Positions 22,042 to 34,334 of a stretch of 64,000 nt of DNA are shown piece by piece. The DNA comes from an uncultured cyanobacterium (GTDB lineage Bacteria > Cyanobacteriota > Cyanobacteriia > Cyanobacteriales > Microcystaceae). Numbering within the stretch: position 1 is the first letter of the stretch; each line of letters opens with the position of its first letter. The notes under the pieces were generated by a model, which had not been told where the DNA came from, made no database searches, and saw only the letters and a list, made by a program, of their open reading frames with translations. The stretch is taken from contig CAWEDJ010000067.1 of NCBI GenBank assembly GCA_963807635.1, positions 81,918 to 145,917 of the forward strand, read 5' to 3'. Position numbers and translations under genes: made by a program.

Positions 22042-22719
22042 TAAATTAATTTCACTATCAAAATTTGCTCCTTTAATAGTGATTATTATAGGGAGCTTTT
22101 CGCTATAATTCTTGTTCGTTAAAATTTCCATCAAAAACTTAGCACTGATTTTCTTATCATTGTTATAATTCTTATTTGCCAAAATTGTTGTCGAAAACTT
22201 GGAATTAATTTTCTTGCTATCATTTTTTTTTAATTGTTCTTGTAAACTTTTAATATATTCATTTAAATCAGCTTCTTTTTGTTCACACAAGTTTTTCCAA
22301 ACCCATTTTTCCGCTTCACTCCATTTATTATCCTTGGGAGCGGCATCGCGACATTCATTTTTATCAATACTAGCCTGAGAAGGTAAAGTAAAAACAATAC
22401 TTGGTACAGAAAAGACACCCAAAAGAACCAATAGTCCGAAAAAAAGCTTATTTTTCATTGTGTTTGAGACAATAACGTAATCTACACCCTAATATGGATC
22501 GAAAAATTTTATTATTTCAGTTAACAAAAATTTACAAATCACAGATTTTTACTGTGGTATCCCACTTTCAGCAGGTTCTGTGCAACTTTTAAATAATTTT
22601 TAAATCGTTACAGAGCAAGGATCTTCAGAATTTCTATTTGTGTCATGAATTTAAACAAAAATGCGATCGCTAATCCAGACAAACGTTACTAGTTAAAAAA
22701 ATCTTTAGTGAAATAGATT

Positions 22720-23307
22720 TTACTCGGCTTCTTCAAACAATAATTCTTCGAGAATCATTTGCATTTTTTCGTCTTCAGGAGAAACTAATTCAACCTTGCC
22801 GTTATCATTCGCTTTCGCCAAAAAGAGCAAGGGAGCGAGGGGCGTATAAATCGAATAGCGTTGTTCTTTATGATAAAAGCTCACTAGGAACTGTAACTCT
22901 TCAGGCTCTAGGGGTTGATCTTCATCTTCACCCTCTAGCTCTAAGGTGAGAATATCATCATCTTCAATGGGAGGTAATTCACCGCTAACGGTCAGACTAT
23001 AGGCCGTGTATTTAAGGGAAAGATCCAGTTCGGCTAAAACCGCTTTAGCATCGGGGAAAATCTGCTCTATTTCTTCTTCGTCTTCTAATAAAATTGCATC
23101 AGAAAATTCTTCGTCATCTTCTGAATCCTCATCCCAAGCGATAATAACAATGGGTAGATCTACTGGCATTAACAAGAGGTAATTGAGATTGTCAACTTCA
23201 ATGGAATTTTCCACATAGCATTCTAACGCCCGTCCCCTTTCATCGATAAGGGTTACGCTATCAGCTTCTTCTGGCTCGTTTTCTGGGCTAAATAGGTAGG
23301 AAGACAT
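22720..23307 (-). CDS. Conserved acidic cyanobacterial protein (DUF3727-like)
   Basis: LIDERGRALECYVE, YLLLMPVD, TAYSLTVSGELP, YSIYTPLAPLL. Confidence 0.75.
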   Translation of the reverse strand: MSSYLFSPENEPEEADSVTLIDERGRALECYVENSIEVDNLNYLLLMPVDLPIVIIAWDEDSEDDEEFSDAILLEDEEEIEQIFPDAKAVLAELDLSLKYTAYSLTVSGELPPIEDDDILTLELEGEDEDQPLEPEELQFLVSFYHKEQRYSIYTPLAPLLFLAKANDNGKVELVSPEDEKMQMILEELLFEEAE

Positions 23308-23371
23308 AGGACTTGGAGATACTGTGAAACTTAGAATATCACATTTGATGATCCTCTCCTGTCTTTTTTCG

Positions 23372-24193
23372 TTAGATTTTATGATTGAGCCAGGGAGCCT
23401 TTTCTAACGAGTTAAAGCCTTCTACATCGGTCAGATTGTATTGTAAAGGGGTCAAAGTAATATAATTTGACTGAATTGCCTGAACATCGGTGGGAATATT
23501 CGGATCGAGATGACTGTGATGGGGTTGCTCGATTTCTTTAGAGATTTCTCCTGCTAACCAGTAATAGCTTTTCCCCCTCGGATCAATACGTTTTTCAAAC
23601 ATTTCGATATAACGCCGCAATCCTTGACGAGTTAACATGACTCCCGCGATCGCGTCTTGGGGAACGGCAGGAACATTGACACTGAGTAACGTTGCTTGGG
23701 GTAAGGGATTGGAGTATAAATGAGTAAGCAAAGTCTGGGCAAAATCGGCGGCGGGTTGGAAATTTTTGTAACTAAAACTGGCTAAACTCAGGGCAATACT
23801 GGGAATTCCTTCGATTAAGCCCTCCATTGCCGCAGAAACCGTTCCTGAATAGAGAATATCGGTTCCCAAATTTGCGCCATGATTAATGCCTGAGAGAACG
23901 AAATCAGGACGTTCAGATAAAACCGCAGAGAGGGCAAATTTCACGCAATCAGCAGGGGTTCCCGAACAAGACCAGGCGACAACCTGGGGATGGAAAACGT
24001 CTTCCACGATGTCGGCTCGGATCGGGCGATGGAGGGTTAAACCGTGACCTGTGGCGGACATTTCGCGATCGGGACAAACAACGGTCACTTGATGCCCTGC
24101 TTCGGCGAGGGTATTGGCTAGCGTTCTTACACCAAGGGCAAAAATGCCGTCATCGTTACTGACAAGGAGTTTTAGGGGCGGAATTTGGGTCAT
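23372..24193 (-). CDS. surE: 5'/3'-nucleotidase SurE
   Basis: [36 protein letters not shown]. Confidence 0.96.
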   Translation of the reverse strand: MTQIPPLKLLVSNDDGIFALGVRTLANTLAEAGHQVTVVCPDREMSATGHGLTLHRPIRADIVEDVFHPQVVAWSCSGTPADCVKFALSAVLSERPDFVLSGINHGANLGTDILYSGTVSAAMEGLIEGIPSIALSLASFSYKNFQPAADFAQTLLTHLYSNPLPQATLLSVNVPAVPQDAIAGVMLTRQGLRRYIEMFEKRIDPRGKSYYWLAGEISKEIEQPHHSHLDPNIPTDVQAIQSNYITLTPLQYNLTDVEGFNSLEKAPWLNHKI

Positions 24194-24281
24194 AACTATT
24201 TTGCTGAATTGCGGGAGTTCGATACACTAAGAATCAGTAACGGGTCTATATTTATTTTACTTGCTAAAAATTGCCAATTTT

Positions 24282-25277
24282 ATGACTACTCAGTTAGAAA
24301 CGGACTTACAATCGCTACAACAAGAAGCCCTGAGCGCGATCGCGGTGACGACGGAGTTAGATGCCTTGGAGCAATTAAGAATTAATTATTTGGGTAAAAA
24401 AGGGCAATTATCCCTCATTCTACGGGCAATGGGTAAATTAAGTGCGGAAGAAAGACCCCGTATCGGTGCGATCGCCAATGAAGTCAAAGATGCTGTCCAA
24501 AATCAATTAGACCAACAGCGACAAGCTTTACAAAACGCCGAAATTCAAGCTAAATTAGCCGCCGAAACCCTCGATGTCACCATGCCAGGCGTTTATCGTC
24601 CCCTGGGCCGTATTCATCCCCTCAATAGCACCGTCGATAAGGTTTTAGAGATTTTTGTCGGTTTGGGTTATACCGTCGCCACTGGCCCGCAAGTGGAAAC
24701 CGATTATTACAATTTTGAAGCTCTCAATATTCCCGCCGATCATCCCGCCCGCGATATGCAGGATACGTTTTTTCTCAGTGATGGTCGTCTGCTCCGAACC
24801 CATACTTCCCCTGTGCAAATCCGTTATATGGAGAACCACGAACCTCCCATTCGTATTGTTGCCCCTGGTCGAGTTTATCGTCGGGATACGGTGGATGCGA
24901 CCCATTCTGCGGTTTTTCATCAAGTCGAGCTGTTGGCGATCGACAAGGGTTTAACGTTTACCGATCTCAAGGGAACGATTAAGGAATTTGTGAAACAGAT
25001 GTTTGGGGAAGATTTGCCTGTCCGTTTTCGGGCCAGTTATTTTCCCTTTACTGAACCTTCTGCTGAGGTGGATGTGCAATGGAAGGGTAAATGGTTAAAG
25101 GTGATGGGTTGCGGTATGGTTGACCCAAATGTGATGAAATCGGTGGGTTATGATCCTGAAGTTTATACAGGTTTTGCGGCAGGTTTTGGGGTTGAACGCT
25201 TTGCGATGGTGTTACATCAAATTGATGATATTCGTCGGCTTTATACAAGTGATTTACGGTTTTTACGACAGTTTTAA
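24282..25277 (+). CDS. pheS: Phenylalanyl-tRNA synthetase alpha subunit
   Basis: [34 protein letters not shown]. Confidence 0.98.
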   Translation: MTTQLETDLQSLQQEALSAIAVTTELDALEQLRINYLGKKGQLSLILRAMGKLSAEERPRIGAIANEVKDAVQNQLDQQRQALQNAEIQAKLAAETLDVTMPGVYRPLGRIHPLNSTVDKVLEIFVGLGYTVATGPQVETDYYNFEALNIPADHPARDMQDTFFLSDGRLLRTHTSPVQIRYMENHEPPIRIVAPGRVYRRDTVDATHSAVFHQVELLAIDKGLTFTDLKGTIKEFVKQMFGEDLPVRFRASYFPFTEPSAEVDVQWKGKWLKVMGCGMVDPNVMKSVGYDPEVYTGFAAGFGVERFAMVLHQIDDIRRLYTSDLRFLRQF

Positions 25278-25286
25278 AGGGACATT

Positions 25287-25739
25287 TCAAGACTGCCAAA
25301 AATTCTGATTTAAGAGTGTCAATCGTTCTGTTGAAAAAGGAATTGTGCTGGGAAATTCTGTATCGGGATAATCTCCTTGGACTTTTTTGAGAGCTAACCG
25401 CCAGGCTTGATTACAGGATTCTTGCCATTGACTTTTTAAGCTGGGAGAGACTTCTAGGACTAATTCCAATTGAATGCGTTGTTCTCGAATGGTGCGTTCC
25501 CAACCGTTATATTCTAGAGGCATGGGGACATAGAGACGCTTGAGTAAATGTTCAAAGAGAACCAGAAGACGGCTTTTGAGTTCTTTTTTTTCTGAGCGTC
25601 CCAAGGTTTCGATTTCCTCAATTAGGTTATCTAGATCTAGGTCATCAAAGTTTTTGGCTTTGAGATGGCGGATGGTTTCTTCTGTCCAGAGCAGAAGGTC
25701 TTGTTCGTAGAGTGAGATGGGAGAAGCGGTGACAGTCAT
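25287..25739 (-). CDS. DUF29-family protein
   Basis: LYEQD..LW, LDLDNLIEEIETLGRSEK, HLLK, WERTIREQR. Confidence 0.88.
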   Translation of the reverse strand: MTVTASPISLYEQDLLLWTEETIRHLKAKNFDDLDLDNLIEEIETLGRSEKKELKSRLLVLFEHLLKRLYVPMPLEYNGWERTIREQRIQLELVLEVSPSLKSQWQESCNQAWRLALKKVQGDYPDTEFPSTIPFSTERLTLLNQNFWQS

Positions 25740-25935
25740 AATGGGTTCTCCTAATAGAGGTTAACAAGTTTCCTTTTTTGCTATTTGAATTATAATAAGT
25801 ATTTAAATAATCGTGGTTTAGTCTGGAATACTCAATACCACTTTTTTTCACTCTAATATAAAAATTTTTTATACAAAAAACGAACAGATACGATTTCCCA
25901 CAATAAATCACCTCTAAAATAATGAGGAATATGGT

Positions 25936-26724
25936 ATGAACAGACGAAGAAAAAATACTTCTTTAGCAACTAAAACTACACAATCTAACGTTAGTCGCTC
26001 CGTCACTCAAAAGACTCAAAAATCATCTTTGGAAAGAGATATTACATCAATTTCTAGCATAGAGGATGTAAATCAAGAAGTTCCTATTTTGACTAAATCA
26101 AAATTTGGAAATGGTATGACTTTTACTCAAGTCAGCCATCTCTTACCCTTCAGTATTTTTACCAAAGTCATCATTTATGCCATGCACGAAATTGAGCATT
26201 ATTTAGATGAAATTAATAGTATATCCGACCAGATTAATATTGGAATTAATACTCAAGATGCTGAAACTATTATCAAGTACATAGAATTACTAATCAGACT
26301 TAAACAGCTAATCTTAAAGTTTGTTTCTTGGGTATCGGTAATTTCTAATATTACTTATTATTTTCTAGAAGAATATAACAACAATCTATTGGAAGAAATA
26401 GATGGCTTAATTCCTAAACTTTGTCACTATTTGGTTGATATGAATAAGGCTTGTGATACATTCTTAACCTTTGTTCCCCAAGAATCCGTACTAGGTATTA
26501 GCTTGGCTCCCAATCAAAAACAAATTTCTGATACAAAGGCGATGATCGCTAAACTTTTATTGCGACTTAAAGAAGTTCAGACTGATAACAAAACTGCGGA
26601 AGAAGATTGGGGACTTGCAGAGCAAAATGCTTATACAAGAATGATGGAAACTCGTCATCAAAATATTCCTGGTGAGGTATTTCTTGATTGGCTTTCTGAA
26701 TTAGAACAGGGGAAAGATGTTTAA
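25936..26724 (+). CDS. Hypothetical helical protein with an antitoxin-like C-terminus
   Basis: 262-aa ORF overlapping the downstream RelE-like gene; ends IPGEVFLDWLSELE. Confidence 0.6.
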   Translation: MNRRRKNTSLATKTTQSNVSRSVTQKTQKSSLERDITSISSIEDVNQEVPILTKSKFGNGMTFTQVSHLLPFSIFTKVIIYAMHEIEHYLDEINSISDQINIGINTQDAETIIKYIELLIRLKQLILKFVSWVSVISNITYYFLEEYNNNLLEEIDGLIPKLCHYLVDMNKACDTFLTFVPQESVLGISLAPNQKQISDTKAMIAKLLLRLKEVQTDNKTAEEDWGLAEQNAYTRMMETRHQNIPGEVFLDWLSELEQGKDV

Positions 26725-27010
26725 CGTTGAATTTCATCCCAAAGCCTTGAAAGAAGTGCAAGAACTTTTGAGAAAGCATAAAAAATTCTCTAACCAGTTT
26801 CGAGAATTTTATCAAATGCTAGAAACTGAACCCTACAAATTTCCTAAAAAGCGAGGTAAACTAAGAGCCTGCCGAGCCATTAGTTTTAATATTGATGGTA
26901 ATGCTTGGCGGTTAGTATTTCGGATTTTGGAAGCAGAAGATACCGTCGAAATTTTGGCGATCGCTATTCATGATGATGCCTATAATTCTGCTGAACGGCG
27001 TACTGAATAA
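26717..27010 (+). CDS. RelE/ParE-family toxin
   Basis: VEFHPKALKE, GKL..CR, AWRLVFRI, VEILAIAIHDDAY. Confidence 0.78.
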   Translation: MFNVEFHPKALKEVQELLRKHKKFSNQFREFYQMLETEPYKFPKKRGKLRACRAISFNIDGNAWRLVFRILEAEDTVEILAIAIHDDAYNSAERRTE

Positions 27011-27151
27011 AATTCCTGCAAGATTTATGAACAAATATAACATTAACCTTCAATGGTTTGAAGAAGATCAACTTTTTCTGGTTACGATTCCCGAATTCAG
27101 CGATCGCCGTCTCACCGATTAGCCAATATATCGCGATCGCAAAATAATATT

Positions 27152-27697
27152 ATGAACAATCTTGTCAATAACTGTTGCGAAAAACACTTCCTCGGTCGGC
27201 GATCGCTACTGCAAAGCCTTTTCACAGGAATTGTCGTTTCTCCCTTCTTATTTTTCTCTCAAAAAGCCAATGCCCAAACCTATCAAGCAAAAGCATTGGT
27301 TTTAAGTTGTATTGATTTTCGCTTTATTCATGCGGAACAAACGTTTTTAACTGAAACCTTAGTAGGGCAATACGACTGGACGGCTTTAGCAGGAGCCTCT
27401 TTAGCCTTAACGGGCTTTCCCCACAGAGCCGAAGCCATAACCTTTTGGGATCAACTGGAACTGTCTAGTCAACTGCACCATATTGAAAAAATTATTATTT
27501 TAGATCATCAAGATTGTGGAGCCTACGCCAGCTTTATTGACGCTGATTTAAGCCAAGATCCAACGCGAGAATATCAAGTCCATCAGAATTATCTCAGACA
27601 AGCTTATGAAGCGATCCACCACCGTTATCCCCAGTTAGAGATTGAGCTTTATTTTGTTCGTCTGACTTCGGAATTTCAAAGAATTTCACCGCAATAA
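27152..27697 (+). CDS. Beta-class carbonic anhydrase-like protein with Tat signal
   Basis: Zn ligands SCIDFR and HQDCG; twin-arginine GRRSLL followed by a hydrophobic segment and ANA. Confidence 0.85.
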   Translation: MNNLVNNCCEKHFLGRRSLLQSLFTGIVVSPFLFFSQKANAQTYQAKALVLSCIDFRFIHAEQTFLTETLVGQYDWTALAGASLALTGFPHRAEAITFWDQLELSSQLHHIEKIIILDHQDCGAYASFIDADLSQDPTREYQVHQNYLRQAYEAIHHRYPQLEIELYFVRLTSEFQRISPQ

Positions 27698-27928
27698 AAC
27701 TCTGCATCATTCTTGAACAAGCCAGACGGGAGAGAAACCGTCACTACTTTTCACGCTTGATTGGGCGGTAAACTCGTCTTGATTTGAACCGAAAATCTCT
27801 TAACAAAAAATAAAATTGTGTTACAAAGCCGTGATATGATTGCTTCTGGCTTAGGCTGGTTTATCCAGTCAACGGGAGATTAAAATCTTTCGAGCTGAAA
27901 ACCTCCGATTTGTCAGTAGCTCAAACGT

Positions 27929-28372
27929 GTGAACCCCACTCATCCACCGTCCGACGACCTATCTATCCATGAAGTTCCTGAGCAAAACGGCTCACCAGCC
28001 CTAGATTCAGGGAATTCTATGCAGGATTTTTATCAACTACAGCGTCAGTTGCTAGTTTTGACAATGGGGGCAATAGTTATTATTTTTGGCTGTGTTTGGT
28101 GGGTTTATTCCCTCAAAATCGCCTTAAATTATCTAATTGGTGCGGGAGTGGGGCTAGTGTACCTGCGGTTACTGGCGAAAGATGTAGAGCGGATAGGCGT
28201 TCAGTCAAGTCGGGCGGGTGCAAAAGGATTAGCTCTTTTTGCAGGATTGATCATTGTCGCTAGTCAATGGCAACAATTGGAAATTTTGCCTGTCTTTCTG
28301 GGATTCCTGACCTACAAAGCCGCAATCATCATCTATATGTTGCAAAGCGTTTTTACGCCTACGGCAGATTAG
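27929..28372 (+). CDS. atp1: ATP synthase protein I (Atp1)
   Basis: Four-TM protein leading the atp operon; [10 protein letters not shown]. Confidence 0.88.
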   Translation: MNPTHPPSDDLSIHEVPEQNGSPALDSGNSMQDFYQLQRQLLVLTMGAIVIIFGCVWWVYSLKIALNYLIGAGVGLVYLRLLAKDVERIGVQSSRAGAKGLALFAGLIIVASQWQQLEILPVFLGFLTYKAAIIIYMLQSVFTPTAD

Positions 28373-28536
28373 AAGAATGAGAGGTTGAGGAAGGGTGCAA
28401 TTAGTCAATAGTTAATGGTTCTGCGAATATATAGTTGATCCCGTTAACCGCGATCGCCTATGGTTCAAACTCCCTAACTATCAACTAATCCTTAAGAATT
28501 CCCTTGTCCTAACTAAGTAAATCTCACCGAATAACA

Positions 28537-29292
28537 ATGTTAGCTGGTTTGAGCGTTTTAAATTTGTTTCCTTTAGCTGCTTTAGAAGTTGGTAAGCAGT
28601 GGTACTGGGAAATCGGAAATCTCAAATTACATGGACAGACTTTTACGACCTCTTGGTTTGTAATGGGCCTGTTAGTAATAGCCTCTTTGGCTGCGACGCG
28701 CAATGTTCAGCGAATTCCAAGCGGCATCCAGAATTTAATGGAATACGTTTTAGAATTTTTGCGGGACTTAGCGAAGAACCAATTAGGTGAGAAAGAATAT
28801 CGTCCCTGGTTGCCCTTCATTGGCACATTATTTCTATTTATATTTGTGTCCAACTGGTCTGGTGCATTACTTCCTTGGAAACTAATTCATATCCCCCAGG
28901 GGGCTGAGTTAGCTGCTCCTACCAATGATATTAATACCACTGTTTCTTTAGCTCTGTTGACTTCTTTGGCCTACTTCTATGCGGGTCTCAGAAAGAAAGG
29001 ATTAGGTTATTTTGCCAACTATGTGCAACCGATTCCTATCCTCTTACCGATTAAGATTTTAGAAGATTTCACCAAACCTCTTTCCCTCAGCTTCCGTCTT
29101 TTTGGAAACATTCTCGCGGATGAGCTAGTGGTAGCCGTCTTGGTGCTATTAGTACCTTTATTTGTGCCATTGCCCCTAATGGCTTTAGGATTGTTTACCA
29201 GTGCCATTCAAGCGTTAGTGTTTGCGACTCTTGCGGGAGCCTATATCCATGAGGCGATCGAATCGGAAGGTGAACACGAAGAGCATGATTAG
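28537..29292 (+). CDS. atpB: F0 subunit a (cyanobacterial atpI)
   Basis: [21 protein letters not shown]. Confidence 0.97.
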   Translation: MLAGLSVLNLFPLAALEVGKQWYWEIGNLKLHGQTFTTSWFVMGLLVIASLAATRNVQRIPSGIQNLMEYVLEFLRDLAKNQLGEKEYRPWLPFIGTLFLFIFVSNWSGALLPWKLIHIPQGAELAAPTNDINTTVSLALLTSLAYFYAGLRKKGLGYFANYVQPIPILLPIKILEDFTKPLSLSFRLFGNILADELVVAVLVLLVPLFVPLPLMALGLFTSAIQALVFATLAGAYIHEAIESEGEHEEHD

Positions 29293-29425
29293 TTTGGGAA
29301 AGCCGTCCTTTAAAATTTAAAATTTGATAGGAAACTGGCCTTAAACTTTTCATTTTCTAGGAGTCTATTGTCCAGAATTCAACTTGATTATCTGGCTTGG
29401 AACGCACTCCTCATTAATTACTTGA

Positions 29426-29710
<285 letters not shown>

Positions 29711-29905
29711 TTCTTAGCTTTTTTGGAGACGTGAGGAAAAGTTCAGAGGGCGGGTAATTCCCTAAAAAAATTCAATTTATTATAGATTTTGTTTTTTTTT
29801 GTGACTTGTTGCTTATTCTTGACTTTTTACTTCACCGTCTCTACCTATTCCCCCAGGATTAGACTCGGTTAATAAAAAAACGCCTGACCTGAATTAGTAA
29901 AAAAA

Positions 29906-30337
29906 ATGTTTGATTTTGATGCCACCCTGCCCTTCATGGCATTGCAATTTATTGTCCTAGCCTTTGTGCTAAATGCCATTTTCTATAAGCCCTTAAATAA
30001 GGTACTGGATGATCGGGCCGATTATATCCGCGACAATGAATCGCAAGCTAAGGAACGGTTAGCCAAAGCCAAGGAATTGGCGAGTCAGTATGAACTACAG
30101 ATTGCAGATGCGCGTCGGCAATCCCAGGAAGTTATTGCTACTGCCCAGAGTGATGCCAAACGAATCGCGGCGGAACAAATTGCAGTAGCTCAAAAAGAAG
30201 CCCAACAGCAGAAAGAAGCTGCGGCCCAGGAAATTGAAGAACAACGCCAAGTTGCTCTCCGTTCCCTAGAACAACAGGTCGATGGTCTGAGCCGTCAAAT
30301 CTTAGAAAAATTATTAGGCCCTGAATTAGTTAAATAA
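29906..30337 (+). CDS. F0 subunit b' (cyanobacterial atpG)
   Basis: [14 protein letters not shown], coiled coil; operon position. Confidence 0.95.
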   Translation: MFDFDATLPFMALQFIVLAFVLNAIFYKPLNKVLDDRADYIRDNESQAKERLAKAKELASQYELQIADARRQSQEVIATAQSDAKRIAAEQIAVAQKEAQQQKEAAAQEIEEQRQVALRSLEQQVDGLSRQILEKLLGPELVK

Positions 30338-30352
30338 CGCTTTATTTAGGTT

Positions 30353-30901
30353 ATGTCAATTATGTTAAATTCTTTGTTGATCCTAGCAACAGAGGCACAG
30401 GAGATGGGCGAAAGAGGATTTGGAATTAATCTAGATTTTCTAGAGGCCAATCTCTTTAACCTAGCAATTTTGCTGGGGATAATCGTTTATTATGCCCCCA
30501 AGACCTTGGGCAAAACCCTCGGCGATCGCCGCTCAAAAATTGCAGAAGCGATTCAAGAAGCAGAAGCTCGCCAAAAACAAACCGCTCAGACCCTAGCTGA
30601 TGAACAGCAAAAGTTAGCCCAAGCCCAGGCAGAAGCAGTTCGGATTCGTGCCGCTTCCGAAGAACGGGCCAAACTGGTGAAAACTGAAATTGCCGCTCAA
30701 GCAGAGCAAGATGTGGCGCGACTGAGAGAAACAGCCGCAAAGGATCTGGGCGCTGAACAAGAGCGTGTAATGGGTGAATTGCAACGTCGGATTGCGGCCT
30801 TGGCGGTTGAAAAAGCTGAAGCCGATATTAAAGGTCGTTTAACCAACAATGATCAAGACCGCTTAATTGATCGCTGTATTGCTCAGTTAGGAGGTCATTA
30901 A
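30353..30901 (+). CDS. atpF: F0 subunit b
   Basis: [18 protein letters not shown]; operon position. Confidence 0.95.
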   Translation: MSIMLNSLLILATEAQEMGERGFGINLDFLEANLFNLAILLGIIVYYAPKTLGKTLGDRRSKIAEAIQEAEARQKQTAQTLADEQQKLAQAQAEAVRIRAASEERAKLVKTEIAAQAEQDVARLRETAAKDLGAEQERVMGELQRRIAALAVEKAEADIKGRLTNNDQDRLIDRCIAQLGGH

Positions 30902-31458
30902 TGAAAGGAAGTTTATATAGTAGCCAAATCGCCGAACCCTACGCCCAGGCTTTGATGTCTTTAGCCCAGTCTCGCGGGATGGTTGAAGCGATCGGTGAAT
31001 CAATTCGCTCCTTGGCTGAGTTATTAGAATCCTCTCCCGATTTGCGAGATTTTATTGCGAGTCCTGTGGTACAAGACGACAATAAAAAAGCGGTTTTAAA
31101 GCGGGTTTTAGGGTCAGAAATTAATCCCTTTTTGCTAAATTTCCTGATGTTATTAGTGGATAAGCGACGGATTATTTTTTTAGAAGCCGTTTGTCAACAA
31201 TATTTAGTCTTGTGGCGTGAGTTGACTCATACCGTTTTGGCGGAAGTCATTTCTGCTCTGAAATTAACGGAAGGTCAACAGCATTCTGTGACGAATAAAG
31301 TTAAGGACTTAACGGGAGCGGCTTCGGTAGAACTCAAAGAAACGGTTGATCCTAGTATTATCGGTGGGGTCATTATTAAAGTGGGTTCTGAAGTTTTTGA
31401 CTCTAGCCTCAAAGGTCAATTGCGACGTATTAGCCTCAGTTTAGGCGGTGCAGTCTAG
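30901..31458 (+). CDS. atpH: F1 subunit delta (cyanobacterial atpD)
   Basis: [30 protein letters not shown]. Confidence 0.96.
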   Translation: MKGSLYSSQIAEPYAQALMSLAQSRGMVEAIGESIRSLAELLESSPDLRDFIASPVVQDDNKKAVLKRVLGSEINPFLLNFLMLLVDKRRIIFLEAVCQQYLVLWRELTHTVLAEVISALKLTEGQQHSVTNKVKDLTGAASVELKETVDPSIIGGVIIKVGSEVFDSSLKGQLRRISLSLGGAV

Positions 31459-31593
31459 GATTATCAATCAACAATTTTGAGTACAAATTATTACTTAAAC
31501 TGTGTTGATAGAGGTGAGAGAAACTGAGCAAAATTGTCTAATTAATGTCACGTTCATTTCAGTTAAATTATCCAACGGTAAAACAGTAAAACT

Positions 31594-33102
31594 ATGGTAA
31601 GCATCAGACCAGACGAAATTAGTAATATTATTCGCCAACAAATTGAGTCCTATGACCAAGATGTTCAGGTTTCTAATGTGGGAACCGTTCTCCAGGTGGG
31701 AGATGGCACGGCTCGGATCTATGGGTTAGAAAAAGCCATGTCCCAGGAATTATTGGAATTTGAAGATGGAACCATTGGTATCGCCCTCAACTTAGAAGAA
31801 GATAACGTGGGTGCGGTGTTGATTGGCGACGGTTTCGGTATCCAAGAGGGCAGTACGGTCAAAGCAACGGGCAAAATTGCTCAAATTCCCATTGGCGATG
31901 CCATGTTAGGTCGGGTCGTCGATGCTTTGGCTCGTCCCATTGATGGTAAAGGCCCCATTGCCACGACAGCAACTCGTTTGTTAGAATCTCCTGCTCCTGG
32001 GATTGTTTCTCGGAAGTCGGTTTGTGAACCGATGCAGACAGGGATTACTTCTATTGATGCGATGATTCCTGTGGGTCGGGGTCAACGGGAGTTAATCATT
32101 GGAGACCGCAAAACGGGTAAAACCGCGATCGCGATCGATACCATCATCAACCAAAAATCGGAAGATGTGATTTGTGTGTATGTGGCGATCGGTCAAAAAG
32201 CCTCTACCGTTGCTCAAGTTATTGATGCCCTAACCGAAAAAGGTGCGATGGATTACACCATTGTGGTTGCGGCCAATGCTAATGATTCCGCTACTCTGCA
32301 ATACCTCGCTCCCTACACAGGCGCGACTCTGGCGGAACACTTCATGTATCAAGGGAAGCACACCCTCGTGATCTATGATGATTTGACCAAACAGGCCCAG
32401 TCCTACCGTCAAATGTCGTTGTTAATGCGTCGTCCTCCTGGTCGGGAAGCCTATCCTGGAGACGTTTTCTATATTCACTCCCGTTTGTTAGAACGTGCCG
32501 CTAAATTGAGCGATGCCCTGGGTGGTGGTAGCATGACCGCTTTACCCATCATTGAAACCCAAGCGGGTGACGTTTCGGCTTATATTCCGACCAACGTAAT
32601 TTCTATTACCGATGGTCAAATCTTCCTTTCCACCAACTTGTTTAACGGTGGTTTCCGTCCAGCGATCGACGCGGGTGTTTCCGTTAGTCGGGTAGGTTCG
32701 GCGGCTCAAACCAAGGCGATGAAAAAAGTTGCGGGTAAATTGAAACTAGAATTGGCTCAATTTGCTGAATTAGAAGCGTTTTCCCAGTTTGCGTCTGATC
32801 TAGATGCTTCTACCCAAGCTCAATTGGCACGGGGTCAACGTCTGCGTCAAATCCTCAAACAGCCCGAAAATTCTCCCTTGGGTGTATGGGAACAAGTGGC
32901 GATCGCCTATGCAGGTTTGAACGGTTATATCGACAAAGTTCCTGTGGAAAAAGCGACGGACTTTGCCGAAGGTTTACGGGAATATTTGAAAACCAATAAA
33001 CCCAAATACGTTGAAATTTTGGTTAAAGATAAAGCCCTAACCGATGAAGCTGAAACCCTCCTCAAAGAAGGAATCAACGAATTTTCTCAAACCTTTGCTT
33101 AA
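31594..33102 (+). CDS. atpA: F1 subunit alpha
   Basis: [32 protein letters not shown]. Confidence 0.99.
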   Translation: MVSIRPDEISNIIRQQIESYDQDVQVSNVGTVLQVGDGTARIYGLEKAMSQELLEFEDGTIGIALNLEEDNVGAVLIGDGFGIQEGSTVKATGKIAQIPIGDAMLGRVVDALARPIDGKGPIATTATRLLESPAPGIVSRKSVCEPMQTGITSIDAMIPVGRGQRELIIGDRKTGKTAIAIDTIINQKSEDVICVYVAIGQKASTVAQVIDALTEKGAMDYTIVVAANANDSATLQYLAPYTGATLAEHFMYQGKHTLVIYDDLTKQAQSYRQMSLLMRRPPGREAYPGDVFYIHSRLLERAAKLSDALGGGSMTALPIIETQAGDVSAYIPTNVISITDGQIFLSTNLFNGGFRPAIDAGVSVSRVGSAAQTKAMKKVAGKLKLELAQFAELEAFSQFASDLDASTQAQLARGQRLRQILKQPENSPLGVWEQVAIAYAGLNGYIDKVPVEKATDFAEGLREYLKTNKPKYVEILVKDKALTDEAETLLKEGINEFSQTFA

Positions 33103-33216
33103 TTAGAGAATAGTTAATAGTGATCAGTGGATAGAATTAAACTAGAAACTAGAATCTATTAACTATTTTTTTACCCATTTTAAACGTCTTTTCTTTAATT
33201 TCAATGGTATAACACC

Positions 33217-34160
33217 ATGCCTAATCTAAAATCTATCCGCGATCGCATTCAGTCGGTCAAAAATACGAAAAAAATTACAGAAGCCATGCGCTTGGTTGCC
33301 GCTGCAAAAGTTCGTCGCGCCCAGGAACAAGTCCTCGCAACCCGTCCCTTCGCCGATGCCCTGGCCAAGTTTTATACAATCTTCAAAATCGTCTTGCCTT
33401 TGGAGACGTAAATCTTCCCCTGTTTGAACAACGGGATGTAAAATCCGTCGCTCTTTTAGTTGTTTCTGGCGATCGCGGTCTATGCGGTGGTTACAATGCC
33501 AATGCAATCCGTCGGGGCGAACAACGGATGAAAGAACTCCAATCCCAAGGCATTAATGTTCAATTGGTTGTAGTTGGACGGAAAGCCAGTCAATACTTTG
33601 GCCGTCGTGATACCAATATTGCGGCTAATTACACCAATCTTAACCAAATTCCCACTGCGGCTGAAGCAGCTCAAATTGCCGATGCGATCGTGGCTCTGTT
33701 TGTCTCTGGTTCCGTTGATCGGGTGGAATTAGTTTATACTCGCTTTTTATCCTTAATCAGTTCTCAGCCTGTCATTCAAACCCTATTTCCTTTAACGCCC
33801 CAGGGTTTAGAGGTCAAGGACGATGAAATTTTCCGTCTGGTGACTCGTGGTGGTAAGTTCCAAGTAGAACGGGAAAAAGTCGGTAGTGAAGTTTCCAGTT
33901 TTCCCCAGGATATGATTTTTGAACAAGATCCTGTACAAATTTTGGATGCTCTGCTTCCTTTGTACAATACCAATCAATTACTGCGTGCGCTCCAAGAATC
34001 GGCAGCCAGTGAGTTGGCCGCACGGATGACTGCAATGAGTAATGCTAGTGACAATGCTGGTCAATTGATCCGTTCTCTCACTCAATCCTATAACCGTGCC
34101 AGACAAGCGGCAATTACCCAAGAGTTGTTGGAAGTGGTCGCAGGTGCAAACGCCCTGTAA
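33217..34160 (+). CDS. atpG: F1 subunit gamma (cyanobacterial atpC); 1-nt frameshift near 33366, probably a sequencing error
   Basis: [13 protein letters not shown]. Adding one C restores LAQVLYNLQ...[10 protein letters not shown] in frame with ORF 33528-34160 (RQAAITQE). Confidence 0.93.
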
Positions 34161-34182
34161 GTTATTATTTGAATTTTTTTGA

Positions 34183-34214
34183 GGGAGCAGTCATTCAGCC
34201 AACTGCTCCTTTTT
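34183..34214 (+). terminator. Intrinsic terminator after the atp operon
   Basis: GGAGCAGT / ACTGCTCC stem followed by TTTTT. Confidence 0.75.
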
Positions 34215-34334
34215 CATGAATTTCGGTGAATGGCATTAGAATAAATTCATGGAATAAAATCTATACTTTAAAACTTTTCCATTATCAAAAAGCTTAATCT
34301 CTTAGGTTTAATAAATCGCGATCGCGTTTAGTAT

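Larger units (their letters stand above)
18465..22458 (-). pseudogene. 933-aa (reconstructed) membrane protein with signal peptide and pentapeptide-like repeats, disrupted by IS630 and a MITE
   Basis: Removing each element plus one TA gives the in-frame joins SEINL|RSHDIKKEVNL and VVIPIIEL|DQNNLNF...GILLPLLFF*. Confidence 0.85.

Noticed and set aside
25090..25110. PheS WLKVMGCG instead of the usual WLEVxGCG
   Set aside because: A single-base difference in an error-prone assembly; it cannot be distinguished from a miscall.
33217..34160. Split or programmed-frameshift ATP synthase gamma
   Set aside because: One missing C in a short run explains it, and similar indels occur throughout the window.
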